A stretch of 64,000 bases of DNA, from positions 16,080-80,079 of the forward strand of contig CAVZAK010000036.1 in the NCBI GenBank assembly GCA_963773165.1. The letters are read 5' to 3'. This document shows positions 1 through 10,800 of the stretch, in pieces. Position 1 is the first letter of the stretch. The number at the start of each line of letters is the position of its first letter. The translations under genes were made by a program, and so were the position numbers. The DNA is from an uncultured Solirubrobacterales bacterium. Lineage in GTDB: Bacteria > Actinomycetota > Thermoleophilia > Solirubrobacterales > Solirubrobacteraceae. The notes beneath the pieces were generated by a model that was given only the letters and a program-made list of their open reading frames with translations, searched no databases and was not told where the DNA came from.

Positions 1-52
1 CTTGCTCGGCGGTCACCTGATCGGGATACCCAATTGCAACTAGTGTCGCCAC
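1..52 (-). CDS. 5' end of a DUF1269-like protein (runs off the left edge)
   Basis: GTG at 52 preceded by [13 protein letters not shown] (61-70) reads MATLVAIGYPDQVTAEQ, resembling DUF1269 N-termini; only 17 codons visible; not in the ORF track. Confidence 0.5.
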   Translation of the reverse strand, partial: MATLVAIGYPDQVTAEQ

Positions 53-173
53 GGCGAACTTCTCCTCTCTGTCGGATTGCGGGCCATGGCCGACGTCCGG
101 CCCTTGCCGCCCAGGCCCGCCTTGAAACTCAGCGTACGTCGCCCACGAGGGCAGAACTCGATGCCGGCGCCGT

Positions 174-187
174 TTCACCCAGGTGAA
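174..187. promoter_or_regulatory. palindromic operator TTCACCCAGGTGAA (copy 1)
   Basis: TCACC-N2-GGTGA; identical to 2284-2297; 122 bp upstream of the GTG at 52. Confidence 0.7.
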
Positions 188-245
188 CGCGATCGTTCGG
201 CACGCGGGCCGCGGAGTGCGGTCCGGCCGCCTCGATGCCTGAGTC

Positions 246-491
246 TCACGAAGGGTCCGGCTTGCGGGGAGGAGAGGTGGCGCCGACCCCGGTGACCGAG
301 TCGACACTGACGAGTGTCAGGCCCAGACCGGACACGCGCTGGAGCAGCCCGTGAAGCTCGGATTGGTCCCGGACCATCGACTCGAGCACCGTATTGCCAT
401 GCTCGTGCCACAGTGTGGTCGCGCCGAGTTCGCTTCGGAGGAGGTCGGTAAGTTCGCCCTCTACCTCAAGCCGGTAGGTACGTCCTCCCAT
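246..491 (-). CDS. small conserved hypothetical protein (81 aa)
   Basis: MGGRTYRLEVEGEL...VRDQSELHGLLQRVSGLGLTLVSV, a type often seen beside MalT-like regulators in actinobacteria; start moved to ATG 491, with CAAGGT -10 six nt upstream. Confidence 0.7.
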   Translation of the reverse strand: MGGRTYRLEVEGELTDLLRSELGATTLWHEHGNTVLESMVRDQSELHGLLQRVSGLGLTLVSVDSVTGVGATSPPRKPDPS

Positions 492-540
492 AACGGCACC
501 TTGGCACACCGTGCCTGCTCCAACGAAGCCATGGGAATTG

Positions 541-554
541 ATCACCTAGGTGAT
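541..554. promoter_or_regulatory. palindromic operator ATCACCTAGGTGAT (copy 2)
   Basis: perfect 14-bp palindrome 50 bp upstream of ATG 491. Confidence 0.7.
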
Positions 555-597
555 TGCGTTTCCCGGACGCCTTTGTCCTCACCCACAGGTGCTCGTG

Positions 598-2235
598 TCA
601 GCCGAGCGCCATGCCCTCGACCGCAGCCGATGGCACGGGGTCTGGGAGGCGGAGCATCCGGAATGAGTTGACGAAGCCGAGCAGTCCGGCGAGGATCGGA
701 ATCAGCAGCGCCACCTGGAGGGCCAAATGCCTTGCGTCCGTGTTGATACGGAGGATCTCAGCCTGGACGTCCCTGGGCTCGCCGACGAGCTGCTCCTCGA
801 GCTGGGTGTTGGTGACGAACTCGGCGTCGTGCTCGAGTGCTTTCGAGACCTTCTGTTGATCGGACTGGGGTAGGACCGTGCTCGACTCGGCCATTTTGGT
901 GAAGGCGACCGACAGCGTCGCCAGCAGGATGGCGCCACCGAACGCCAGGCCGAACGACAGTCCGAACGAACCTGCTGCCGAGTTCACGCCGGCAGCCTCG
1001 CTGACCCGCTCCTCGGAGATCGGGGAGAGCGTGTAGTTGTTCAGCTGGGAGACCAGCAGCCCCAGGCCCGATCCGGCGATCATCAGCGGGATCACGAGGT
1101 ACCAGCCCGAATCCGCTCGGGGCACGATCGGGATCAGCACCGCCAAGCCGACGGTGAGAAGTCCAAATCCCAGCCGGATGATGCTCGACGGGCGACGCTT
1201 GCCCGCCTTTTTCCCCGCCAACAGGGCGACTGCGAACATGCTGAGCGACAGCGGGGCCAGCGAAAGCCCGGCCTGCATCGCGTTGTACTCGAGCACGATC
1301 TGGAGATAGATCGGGAGCGTGATCATCGTCCCGCCGAGCGCGATCTGCTGGAGCGTCTGCCCGGAGATCCCCAGCCTGTAGATCTTCGAGCTGAACAGAG
1401 ACGGATCGATCAGGGTCGGTTTTCCTTCGCGCTTGCGACGGGTCAGCCAGTACGCCAGACCTCCGAGCGCGAGCGCTCCGATCAGCAGTAGCGCCGCGAC
1501 CGATTCGCCGCCTTCCTGCCAGACGAGAATTCCCAGCACGACACCGCCCATCCCCAGAACCGAGAGAACCGCGCCGACAACGTCGATATGGCGGGGTCCT
1601 GTGTATGGGGCGTCGCGGATGAGCTTGATGCCCGACAGGACGACAACGATGACGAGATCCTCGAGCGCGAACGCGACACGCCACGACAAGTAGGTGGTGA
1701 TGAACCCCCCGAGCAGTGGTCCGACCGCGGCGGCGATCGCCGCTGCGGCCCCAACAATGGCGTATGCCCTCCGCTGGGCGTCACCTTCGAAGTTTCCGTG
1801 GATCAGTGACTGCATCGCCGGGAGCAACAGCGACGCGCCGAGCCCGCCCACGATCGCCCAGAAGACAATGACCGTGGTCAGGCTCTGAGCGAGCACCATC
1901 GCCAGCGCACCGACGGCGTAGCCGAGCAGGCCCAGCACGTACGCACGCTTTCGTCCGATGAGATCGCCGATCTTGCTCCCGATCAGGATGAAGGCGGCCG
2001 ACACCAGCGCCTCGAGCGCAATCGCGGATTGCACCCCGCTCACCGTCGTATGCAGATCGTGAACCACCGCCGAGATCGAGACGTTCATGAACGATGTGTC
2101 GACGACGAGCACGAACATCGCCATTGCCAGCAGGATCGCGAGCCGTTCAGATCCCCCGGCCCCCTTTGGCGCGCCCGTGCCCGCCACCTGTACCGGGACG
2201 CCGGAGTCGGCGTGACCGGATGAGCTGGTGGGCAT
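598..2235 (-). CDS. MFS transporter, DHA2 (EmrB/QacA-like) family
   Basis: 545 aa, about 14 hydrophobic segments, motifs DTSFMNVSI, GSKIGDLIGRKR, GPLLGG; TAGGCT -10 six nt upstream of ATG (leaderless). Confidence 0.9.
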   Translation of the reverse strand: MPTSSSGHADSGVPVQVAGTGAPKGAGGSERLAILLAMAMFVLVVDTSFMNVSISAVVHDLHTTVSGVQSAIALEALVSAAFILIGSKIGDLIGRKRAYVLGLLGYAVGALAMVLAQSLTTVIVFWAIVGGLGASLLLPAMQSLIHGNFEGDAQRRAYAIVGAAAAIAAAVGPLLGGFITTYLSWRVAFALEDLVIVVVLSGIKLIRDAPYTGPRHIDVVGAVLSVLGMGGVVLGILVWQEGGESVAALLLIGALALGGLAYWLTRRKREGKPTLIDPSLFSSKIYRLGISGQTLQQIALGGTMITLPIYLQIVLEYNAMQAGLSLAPLSLSMFAVALLAGKKAGKRRPSSIIRLGFGLLTVGLAVLIPIVPRADSGWYLVIPLMIAGSGLGLLVSQLNNYTLSPISEERVSEAAGVNSAAGSFGLSFGLAFGGAILLATLSVAFTKMAESSTVLPQSDQQKVSKALEHDAEFVTNTQLEEQLVGEPRDVQAEILRINTDARHLALQVALLIPILAGLLGFVNSFRMLRLPDPVPSAAVEGMALG

Positions 2236-2283
2236 CGCGCCAGCCTATGCGGCCCCGAGTTCGCCATGCAGGTTCGCAGGCCG

Positions 2284-2297
2284 TTCACCCAGGTGAA
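2284..2297. promoter_or_regulatory. palindromic operator TTCACCCAGGTGAA (copy 3)
   Basis: 49 bp upstream of MFS ATG 2235. Confidence 0.7.
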
Positions 2298-2354
2298 TGT
2301 GAAAGGACTCGACGCCGTCGGAGGTGGCCGGAACCCCGGGCGATCGCGTTCATA

Positions 2355-2368
2355 TTCACCTGGGTGAA
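2355..2368. promoter_or_regulatory. palindromic operator TTCACCTGGGTGAA (copy 4)
   Basis: reverse complement of copies 1 and 3; 120 bp from both the MFS and SulP starts. Confidence 0.7.
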
Positions 2369-2487
2369 ACCAGTATTGACCTCGGCAAAGGCGCCCGCAC
2401 GCGACGTAGGCTCGTGCACCAATGGCAGGCACCGGCGTCAATGAGGAAGAGCACGCCGCCGCGGCGGGCTGAGCGACCGGGCCGCCC

Positions 2488-4191
2488 GTGACGATCACAA
2501 GGTGGCTCCCGGGGGTCCGAGCACTCGCGACTTATCGCCGCGCCTGGCTTCGCCGCGACCTCGTCGCCGGGCTGGTGCTGACAACGCTGCTCGTCCCCCA
2601 GGGGATGGCGTATGCGGAGCTCGCCGGCCTGCCCGTGATCACGGGGCTCTATACGAGTGTCCTTTGCCTGCTCGGCTACGCCGTGTTCGGCCCCTCGAGG
2701 ATCCTCGTGCTGGGTCCCGATTCGTCATTGGGACCGATGATCGCCGCGACGATCCTGCCGATCGTCGGGGCCGGCGGCAATCCCGAGCACGCGATTGCGC
2801 TCGCCTCGATGATGGCCCTGCTCGTCGGCGCGATCATGATCGCCGGCGGAATCGCGAAGCTGGGCTTCGTTGCCGACCTCCTGTCAAAGCCGACCCAGAT
2901 CGGCTACATGAACGGTCTCGCGCTGACGATCCTCGTCGGCCAGTTACCGAAGCTGTTCGGCTTCTCGGTGAGCGCCAACGGGCTGATCGACGAGGCCCAC
3001 GCATTCGTTCATGGAGTGACGTCCGGCGAGACGGTTGGCGCCGCGGTGGCGATTGGGCTCGTCAGCCTTGCCCTGATCCTCGCGCTCGGTCGCTGGCTTC
3101 CGCGGATCCCGGGAGTGCTCGTCGCGGTGGTGGTCGCGATCGTGGCGACGTCCGTGTTCAGCCTCAGCGACCATGGTGTGTCGCTGGTCGGGACGCTGCC
3201 GAAAGGGCTGCCCCCGCTCACGTTCCCCAGTCCCGTCTCGGACTTCCCGCTGCTGTTCGCCGGCGCTCTCGGGATTGTCCTGGTCGCGCTGACCGACACG
3301 ATCTCGACGGCTTCGTCGTTCGCCGCCCGTACGGGCCAAGAGGTCGACGGCAGCGGCGAGATGATTGGAATTGGAGCGGCGAACGTCGCCGCCGGGTTCT
3401 TCCAGGGCTTTCCAGTAAGCACGAGCGGATCCCGAACGGCGGTCGCCGAGCAGTCCGGAGCCAAGACCCAGGCCACCGGAGTCGTGGGGGCCGCGGCGAT
3501 CGTGCTGATGCTCGTGTTCGTTCCCGGCCTGCTGCGCAACCTCCCACAGCCGACGCTCGCCGCGGTGGTCATCGCCGCCTCGGTGTCTCTTGCGGATATA
3601 CCCGGGACCATCCGGCTGTGGCACCAGCGGCGGATCGAGTTCCTGCTATCGGTGACGGCGTTTCTGGGGGTCGCGTTGCTTGGAGTGCTCGCTGGAATCG
3701 CAGTAGCGGTAGCGCTGTCGATCTTGAATGTCTTCCGGCGCGCATGGTGGCCACACCAGACCGCACTCGGCCGGGTACCCGGGATGGCGGGCTACCACGA
3801 CCGCCAGTTGCATCCCGACGCCGAAAACCTGCCCGGGCTCGTCATATTTCGCTTTGACGCTCCGCTGTTCTTTGCGAACGCGCGTACATTCCGCGACCAG
3901 ATCCGGCGCTTGGCGGCAACCGAGCCCCGACCGCGGTGGATCCTGATCGCGGCAGAGCCGATCACCGATGTGGACACGACCGCGGCCGACATGCTCGTCG
4001 ACCTCGACGAGGAGCTCAACGCCGCCGGCACCTCCCTGGCGTTTGCGGAGCTGAAGGACCCGGTACGGGAAAAGCTCGAGCGCTACGAGCTGATCGGACC
4101 ATTGAACCCGGAGCATTTCTTTGCGACGCTGGACAGCGCGGTCGAGACGTTCCGTCGCAAGACGGGGGCGGAGTGGGTGTCGCCGGAATGA
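2488..4191 (+). CDS. SulP family anion permease with C-terminal STAS domain
   Basis: 567 aa; DLVAGLVL...PQGMAYA..AGLPVITGLY, SGSRTAV, STAS RFDAPLFFANA...DVDTTA. Confidence 0.92.
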   Translation: MTITRWLPGVRALATYRRAWLRRDLVAGLVLTTLLVPQGMAYAELAGLPVITGLYTSVLCLLGYAVFGPSRILVLGPDSSLGPMIAATILPIVGAGGNPEHAIALASMMALLVGAIMIAGGIAKLGFVADLLSKPTQIGYMNGLALTILVGQLPKLFGFSVSANGLIDEAHAFVHGVTSGETVGAAVAIGLVSLALILALGRWLPRIPGVLVAVVVAIVATSVFSLSDHGVSLVGTLPKGLPPLTFPSPVSDFPLLFAGALGIVLVALTDTISTASSFAARTGQEVDGSGEMIGIGAANVAAGFFQGFPVSTSGSRTAVAEQSGAKTQATGVVGAAAIVLMLVFVPGLLRNLPQPTLAAVVIAASVSLADIPGTIRLWHQRRIEFLLSVTAFLGVALLGVLAGIAVAVALSILNVFRRAWWPHQTALGRVPGMAGYHDRQLHPDAENLPGLVIFRFDAPLFFANARTFRDQIRRLAATEPRPRWILIAAEPITDVDTTAADMLVDLDEELNAAGTSLAFAELKDPVREKLERYELIGPLNPEHFFATLDSAVETFRRKTGAEWVSPE

Positions 4192-4245
4192 GCGCGCGCG
4201 CTTTGTCTGCCCGGACCGCGGCGTAAAATTGATCCCAGAGGCATT

Positions 4246-6555
4246 GTGGCGTCGATTCCATATGGGGTGGAGGGCAGCGCCCCTGCCGGCAGACGCGCCG
4301 CGGGCGCAATTGATTCGGAGGAGCTGCCGCTCGCCGAAGCGAAACTGTCGCCGCCACGGCAACGCCGTGGGATCCTTGACCGGCGGCACGTCTGCCGGAT
4401 TCTCGACGCCGGGGACGACGCGGAGCTGACACTGGTCGCCGCGCCCGCAGGGTACGGCAAGACAACTGCGGTCAGTGCGTGGTGCGCCGGTCGGGCGGCT
4501 CCGCTTGCCTGGGTGACGCTGGACGCTGGAGACAACGATCCGCTGCGGTTGTGGACGTACATCGCAACTGCGGTCGATCGCGTGCGTCAGGGATTGGGCC
4601 GTCGAGCTCTGCGGCGGTTGACCGGGCTGGCGGGCGCGGTCCGGCCTTCGATCGATGAGCTGATGAACGGGATCGCCGACTTCGGCGAAGATCTCGTGAT
4701 CGTCCTCGACGATCTTCAGGCCGTCACCGATTACGAATGCCTCGCTTCGCTGGACTACGCCCTCGAGCACCTCCCCGCGAATGCCCACATGATCTTGATC
4801 ACGCGCGCAGACCCGGCCCTGCGGCTGGCTCAACTGCGCGCCCGAGGCGGTCTCGCCGAGGTACGGGCGGCCGAGCTCGCGTTCACGGCGGACGAGGCCC
4901 ACGAGCTCCTCGTGCAGCGCGGCGAGATCGATCTCGACCAGCACGAGGTCGAGCTGTTGCGAGAGCGGACGGAGGGTTGGCCAGCCGCTCTGTTTCTCGC
5001 CGCCTACTGGCTACGGACCGTTGACGAGCCGCATCTGTCGGCGCGGGAGTTCGGGGGCGATCATCGTTTCGTCGCGGAGTACCTCAGCCGGGAGGTCATT
5101 GACTCTCTCGACGAAGACACCCGATGGTTCCTGCTTCGAGCTTCAGTCCTGAAACGGCTTACTCCGGAGCTGTGCGACGCGGTGTTCGACCGCGGCGATT
5201 CAGCGGCTGTGTTGGAAGAGCTCGAGCGTTCAAACTTCTTCGTTATCCGGCTGGAGCATGGCGGCTGGTTCCGGGTTCACTCGCTGTTCGCAGATTTCGC
5301 CGGTTTCCAGCTCGATGCGGTTGACCCCAGCGTCGCACCCGAGCTTCACCGTCGTGCCGCCGCCTGGCTTCGGTCAGTAGGACTGCCCGTCGAAGCGGTC
5401 GAGCATGCCGCCTCGGCCGGGGATCACAAGTTCATGGCGGATCTGCTCGTGGAGCATCACTTACGCATGATCCGGAACGGCTCCGCGCGGGCACTACTTC
5501 GCTGGGTGCGAGCGCTCCCCGACGAGCAGGTTGTCACGCACCCGGAGCTGGCAGTGGGCGCCGCGACGGCCGCGTTGATGGTCGGTCGCTCAACGCTCGA
5601 GCGACGGCGTCTCCTCCAACTTGCGATCAGGGCAGAGGTCGAGGACCCACCTCGATTCACCCCGTACGTTCAGTGCGTGGGCGCGATGGTGCGTGCCGCC
5701 TCTGCGGATCAGGATGTCGGTGAGGCAGTGCTCGAAGGTCACCGCGCCGTCGCCCTTGCCGAGACCGTCGTGGATGAAACGCTCGTCGCGGCGCTCGGCG
5801 GGCTGGCGCGGGCCCTCTACCTCGCGGGCGAGCTCGACCAGGCATGGGCAGCCGCCTTGCGCGCGGTCCAGCATCCGGACATCGAGAGCCGGCTGCCGGG
5901 CCACGCGTTTGCCCGGTCGACGCTCGCACTCATTGCCGCCGATCGGGGGCGCCTCGAGTCCGCCCGGGGCCACGCCGAGAAGGCGAGGACGATCGTCGGC
6001 AACGTCGCGAGCAGTCGCAGCTGGCTCGGAGCGAATGCCTCGGCGGCGCTCGGAACGGTGCTCGCCGGGGAGGGCAGTCTCGCCGAGGCTGAGCGGGAGC
6101 TGGCCTACGCCGAACATTTCTTCGATGACGAGGTTGCGACCGTGCATCACGCCTGGCTCCTGTGCACGCTCGCGCGCGTCCGGTGTCGCCGCGGTCGGCT
6201 CGACGAGGCGGAGACGACGTTGCGCCTGGCTCGCGACGCGCTCGGCGAACTCGCCGATGCCGGGCAAGTGCCATCGCTGCTCGTCGCGGTGGAGAAGGAG
6301 GTTGAACACGCGAGGCGACGCGCGAACGGTGGCGCACTGCTCGAGGTACCTAGTGAAGCCGAGCTCGCCGTGCTCGGCCTGCTCGGTTCCGATCTGTCCG
6401 CGCGGCAGATCGCCGCCGAGCTCTTTCTGTCACCCAACACGGTCCATTCGCACACTCGCTCGATCTACCGCAAGCTCGGCGTGAACTCACGCGCTGACGC
6501 AGTCGCCCGGGCCGACACCCTCGGGCTTCTGCCGCAAACGCAATCATCTATGTGA
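4246..6555 (+). CDS. MalT-like (ATPase/TPR) LuxR family transcriptional regulator
   Basis: 769 aa; Walker A APAGYGKT, WVTLDAGDNDP, TEGWPAAL, C-terminal LuxR HTH (LSARQIAAELFLSPNTVHSHTRSIYRKLGV). Confidence 0.9.
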   Translation: MASIPYGVEGSAPAGRRAAGAIDSEELPLAEAKLSPPRQRRGILDRRHVCRILDAGDDAELTLVAAPAGYGKTTAVSAWCAGRAAPLAWVTLDAGDNDPLRLWTYIATAVDRVRQGLGRRALRRLTGLAGAVRPSIDELMNGIADFGEDLVIVLDDLQAVTDYECLASLDYALEHLPANAHMILITRADPALRLAQLRARGGLAEVRAAELAFTADEAHELLVQRGEIDLDQHEVELLRERTEGWPAALFLAAYWLRTVDEPHLSAREFGGDHRFVAEYLSREVIDSLDEDTRWFLLRASVLKRLTPELCDAVFDRGDSAAVLEELERSNFFVIRLEHGGWFRVHSLFADFAGFQLDAVDPSVAPELHRRAAAWLRSVGLPVEAVEHAASAGDHKFMADLLVEHHLRMIRNGSARALLRWVRALPDEQVVTHPELAVGAATAALMVGRSTLERRRLLQLAIRAEVEDPPRFTPYVQCVGAMVRAASADQDVGEAVLEGHRAVALAETVVDETLVAALGGLARALYLAGELDQAWAAALRAVQHPDIESRLPGHAFARSTLALIAADRGRLESARGHAEKARTIVGNVASSRSWLGANASAALGTVLAGEGSLAEAERELAYAEHFFDDEVATVHHAWLLCTLARVRCRRGRLDEAETTLRLARDALGELADAGQVPSLLVAVEKEVEHARRRANGGALLEVPSEAELAVLGLLGSDLSARQIAAELFLSPNTVHSHTRSIYRKLGVNSRADAVARADTLGLLPQTQSSM

Positions 6556-6576
6556 CACGCCGCACGGGCGGTGGGT

Positions 6577-7834
6577 TCACTTCTTGTGCCGCTTGTGCTT
6601 GTGGTGCTTCTTGTGGTTCTTGTGCTTGGGCCCCTGCAGGGTGATGGTCTTGACGACCGAGCCAGCCGACCATACCTCGACCATCAGCCGACCGCTCCGG
6701 GACTTTGCGAGCAGCTTGACCGCGGCAGGCGAGAGCTTGAACGTGAACGCCTGCGAGCGCCGCGTCGCCAGCGTGTAGGTCAGCGACCCGACCACGATCG
6801 TCTTCGATTGGGTCTCGATCTTGGTCTTGGTCTTGCGGCCCTTCTTGCCTTTTTTCGAGTGGTGCTTGCTCTTGACCTGGACTCGGACCTTGACCTTGGC
6901 CCGCCGGGTCAGGGTCAGCGCGCCGACGCAGCTCGAGCCCGATGCGCCGGCGCACGCCAGCTGCACTGCGCCAACGTGCCGGCGAGACACCTTGGCGCTC
7001 GGGCCGATCGTCACCTTGCCGGGAGGCGGAGGGCCGGCGGACACGACGATCGTCACGGTGCCGCCACCGCCGCCATGGCTCCCGGGACCACCGCCCGCCG
7101 GCGTCGTCGTGGCCGTCACTCCGAACCTTCCCGTGCTCTTGGCGTGGGTGCTGTCGCCGCTGTAATCGGCGGTCAACGTGTAGCCGCCGGCGACAGTGGG
7201 AGTGAACGTCACACCGCACGTCGCGCTTCCGCCGGTGCCGGTGCTCGAGGGTTGCCACTGGCAGACTCCGGGAGCCCCGAATGTGCCGCTCGGTGACGAG
7301 CTGAAGTTCAGCGTGCCAAGTGGCGCTTGGATGGCCGTGGCGTCCGTCAGCGTCGCCGTGCACTGCGCGGAAGTGCCGATCTGGACCGTCGACGGCGAGC
7401 AGCTCAGCGTCGTCGTGGTCGGATCGACGGCCGTCGCCGCGCCGCTGCCACTGCTGCCGGCGTGAGTGCTGTCGCCGGCGTACGAGGCGTTGATCGAGTA
7501 GTCCCCGCCGGCGCTCGGCGTGAACGTCACCTGGCAGGATCCGCTCGCGCCTGTCCCCCCACTGGGGAGGGTGCAGCTCGCAGAGCCGCTCAGCATGCCG
7601 GTCGTCGGCGCCGAGGTGAAAGCGACGGGCCTCGAAGGCGCGCCCACAGGTGTGGCTGCCGTGTCGGTGACCGTCACGGTGCACGTCGTCGGCGAGCCGG
7701 TCGGTATCGATGCCGGCGAGCAGCTAACCGCCGTAGTCGTCGGGTCGAGCGCCGCGAACGCCGTGGCCGGGAGACCCAGCCATGGCGGTTCCCGTCGCGA
7801 GCACCAGCAATCCGAAGAGGCGGAGACGCGTCAT
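6577..7834 (-). CDS. secreted surface protein with two Cys-containing Ig-like repeats and a Lys/His-rich C-terminal domain; apparent +1 frameshift in the signal peptide near 7780
   Basis: ATG 7834 reads MTRLRLFGLLVLATGTAM; removing one base near 7780 continues LGLPATAFA-ALDPTTT into ORF 6577..7677; 1258-1=1257 nt = 419 codons. Confidence 0.72.
7105..7746 (-). repeat. two tandem ~107-aa Ig-like protein repeats
   Basis: DPTTTAVSCSP...CTVTVTD...CQVTFTP..GGDYSINASYAGDSTH versus DPTTTTLSCSP...CTATLTD...CGVTFTP..GGYTLTADYSGDSTH; four Cys each; left boundary approximate. Confidence 0.75.
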
Positions 7835-7839
7835 GCCCG

Positions 7840-10800
7840 CTACAGGGGGATCAGGTCCTGGTAGAGCAGGCGAAGCTCGCGCCCGCGCTGCGCCAGCGTG
7901 TAGAACCCGCGCGTCGCCCGCCGGTTGTCGGTCGGTAGCACCTCGTACTGGTTGATGCAGAGCCTGACGCTGCCGTTCGACGGGAGCTTGACGTTCCGGG
8001 CCACCCAGGTGGTGACTCCACCGACCGCTCTGCCGGCGTTCATCTTGATCGGCTGCCCGAATTGCTCCCAGCCGAGCGTCTGATCCTGGATCGCGGGCAC
8101 GCGACGCTCGATGATCAACTCGGCCTGCCCGGGGGCCACGTTGCGAGCAGCGGCAGCCGCCGAATAGGAGAAGCCGGACAGCGACACACTCGAGAGCTCG
8201 TGGGCGCCCTTCCGCACGACCGTCGCCGTCCGTCCTGGCTCGAGCGACATGATGTCGGCCAGGACGATCCGCGAGAGCTCGACCCCGGAGACTGAGTTGG
8301 GCTGGTAACGGGCCAGCGCCATTCGGACCATCGGCGTGTAAGTCGCACCTGTATTGATAGCGATGTCGCAGTACCAGAGGTTGCGGGTGGCGTCGAACAG
8401 GACCGGGTGTCCGGCGACGTTCACGCTGATCCCCGCGTTCTCCTCGATCGAGAGCCCGAACCCCGACTCGGTCGCGTTGGAGAACGTGGACACCCGTGGA
8501 TGAAGCGACGGGAGGGCTGAGCTCCCGAACACGGGGTCGGCTCCCCAGTCGGTCACGAACTCCGCCTCGTCGGACGGGATCGCCGAATTGATGCCACCGC
8601 CCCCGCCGATCGCCCGTTGGCGGCGGACGCCGTTTGCCGACCTCGCTCGAGCCCGCAGGATCGGGATGACAGGGCCGGCCTCCGCGCCGGGCCACGTGAC
8701 GACGCCCAGCAGCTCGTCGATCCCCGAGCTCCACCACGGCCGGTCGATGAACACTCGTAGCGCTGAGGGCGAGCGCTCGCTGACGGTCGTCTTCGAGTTC
8801 GGCTGTGTCAGCTGCCAGTCGTAGATCGGTACCACGTAGGCGACCTTCGGCGTGTCGGGCCGCGCGCTCGACGGGATGTCGACCAGCACCGGATGGGCCG
8901 TCGCCTTCGTCACGTTCGTGCCGGGCGCATAGAACTCCGAGAACTGGCTCGTGGCCACGCCGTGATACGTGACGTTGCGGTGCTTCGTGTCGTAGAACTC
9001 GTGGCGGGCGCTGAACCGATCGGTGGCGGTGTACAGCTGGCTCCCCGCATTGGCCAGCGGGTTCGTCGCGCTCGGAACCGTCGCGACGGGAGAATTCGTC
9101 GTCGGCCTCAGGTTCGGATTCGGGGCGCCGGGCCCCTGGACGGGCAGGTTGTGGATCGGATCGTCGACCGGATCGCCCCAGCTCGCCAGTAGATCGATCG
9201 TGCTCGTGCTCTTGGGGCTGTACGTGAGGTCGCCCTCGAGCGGTGCAAACGTGTCCCCGGCGGCGCGTGGCGGCGTCGGGAGATTGGGGAACTCGGGCGT
9301 CAGCAGCGGCTGCTGCACGGCGTACACGAGCTCCACCTGGACGGCGGGGGTGATCGACCAGTACTGGCCGCTCGCGGCCGCGGCCGCGTCGAACTGGTTG
9401 AACCACGAGCTGAGCCCGAACAACGGGATGTCCGCCGTGTCGCACGTCGAACACAGGTTGAGGATCACGGTGTCGCCCTTCGTGAGCGTGAACGTGATCA
9501 GTCGGTTGGTCGTGTCGACGTTCACCGCCTGGACGGCGTTCTGAGGCGGGTTGGTGCCCGGGACCAGCTTGAGCCCGTACGGCCGGTAGTCCGGCCAGTT
9601 GTCGCCGGAGGCCGGCGAGAAGTCGAACGGCACCGTCTGGCCGCCCAGGGTTCCGTCGGTGATCGTCAGCACGCCGCCACGGGCAAGCGGATCCGGGAGG
9701 TACGGGACGGGCGTTGCCAACGGGATCACGGTAGGCGCCGCGGTGGGGTCAGTCGGTGGGTCGGGGTACTGCGCGCTCTCGCGGTTGACGATCTCGTTGT
9801 AGGTCGCCATGTTGCCGTTGATCGCACCGCCGGACCCGTTGTCGAACATCGAGTGCCACTCAGCAAACGGCTCGGCGCACCGCTGCGGCGCCAGTGCTCG
9901 CAGCGAATCTGCCGCGCCATCGACGTCGCGGATAACCAGCCGTTTGAGCGACTCGGCGAGCCGCAGGATGCTCTGCCCGTACACATCCGGGGAACCGATC
10001 GGCTCGTGTCGGCCGTACACCATCGGCGCCGTCGCCTGCTGGGAATTGCTCGTTGTGGTGTCGACGGGCTGCGCGTTGTTGCAAACGTCGACGATCCGCG
10101 CGCGTAGCTGATATGTGTGGCCGAACCGGAGTGGCGGTAGTCGTCCCGGCGGCGGCGCGACCGTGATCGCGAGCTGGCTGAACGGGATTGGGTTGGGACT
10201 TGTGACCTGGCTGTCGGCGTCCTGGATCACTCTGCCCGGCCGTGGCACCGCGTTGCTCCAGCCGTTGTAGCGGAGCAGCACCTCGGAGACGTTTGCCTGC
10301 TGGGAGTTCGGATCGGTCGGCGAGTTCTGAACCCGCGGCGGCGCCTGGGTCGAGGATTCGGAGAACGGCGCCGACGACGGCCCGGAGAGCGTCTGCGAAC
10401 CGGCCTTGTACGTGCACAGCCACTCCGCGGTCGAGCGCCAGGTGTTGTTGGCCGCGTCGAAAACGTCGAGGACGTACCCGCGCACGAGGTCCTCGGCCGT
10501 CAGGTCGGGGACCGGGTTGCTGTTGACGACCGCGTCGTAGAGCAGGAATGAGCGGATGAGCGAGCTCGCGAACGTGACCCCGCGATTAACCTGTGTCAGC
10601 GTCAGGCCATTCGAGCGGATCATCGGCGGCGTCATCGGTGTCGTCGGTGCAGGAGCGACGGCCGCCGCGATGTACCGTGGATGGATCGCCGCCGGGGACT
10701 CGGTGAGCCGGATCTGGGTGGCGAAGTTCGAGGCTCTCAGCCCCGCGCCGTCGAAGTCGATCACGTGGGCGAGGAACGAGGTCGGATCGCCGACGGTGAG

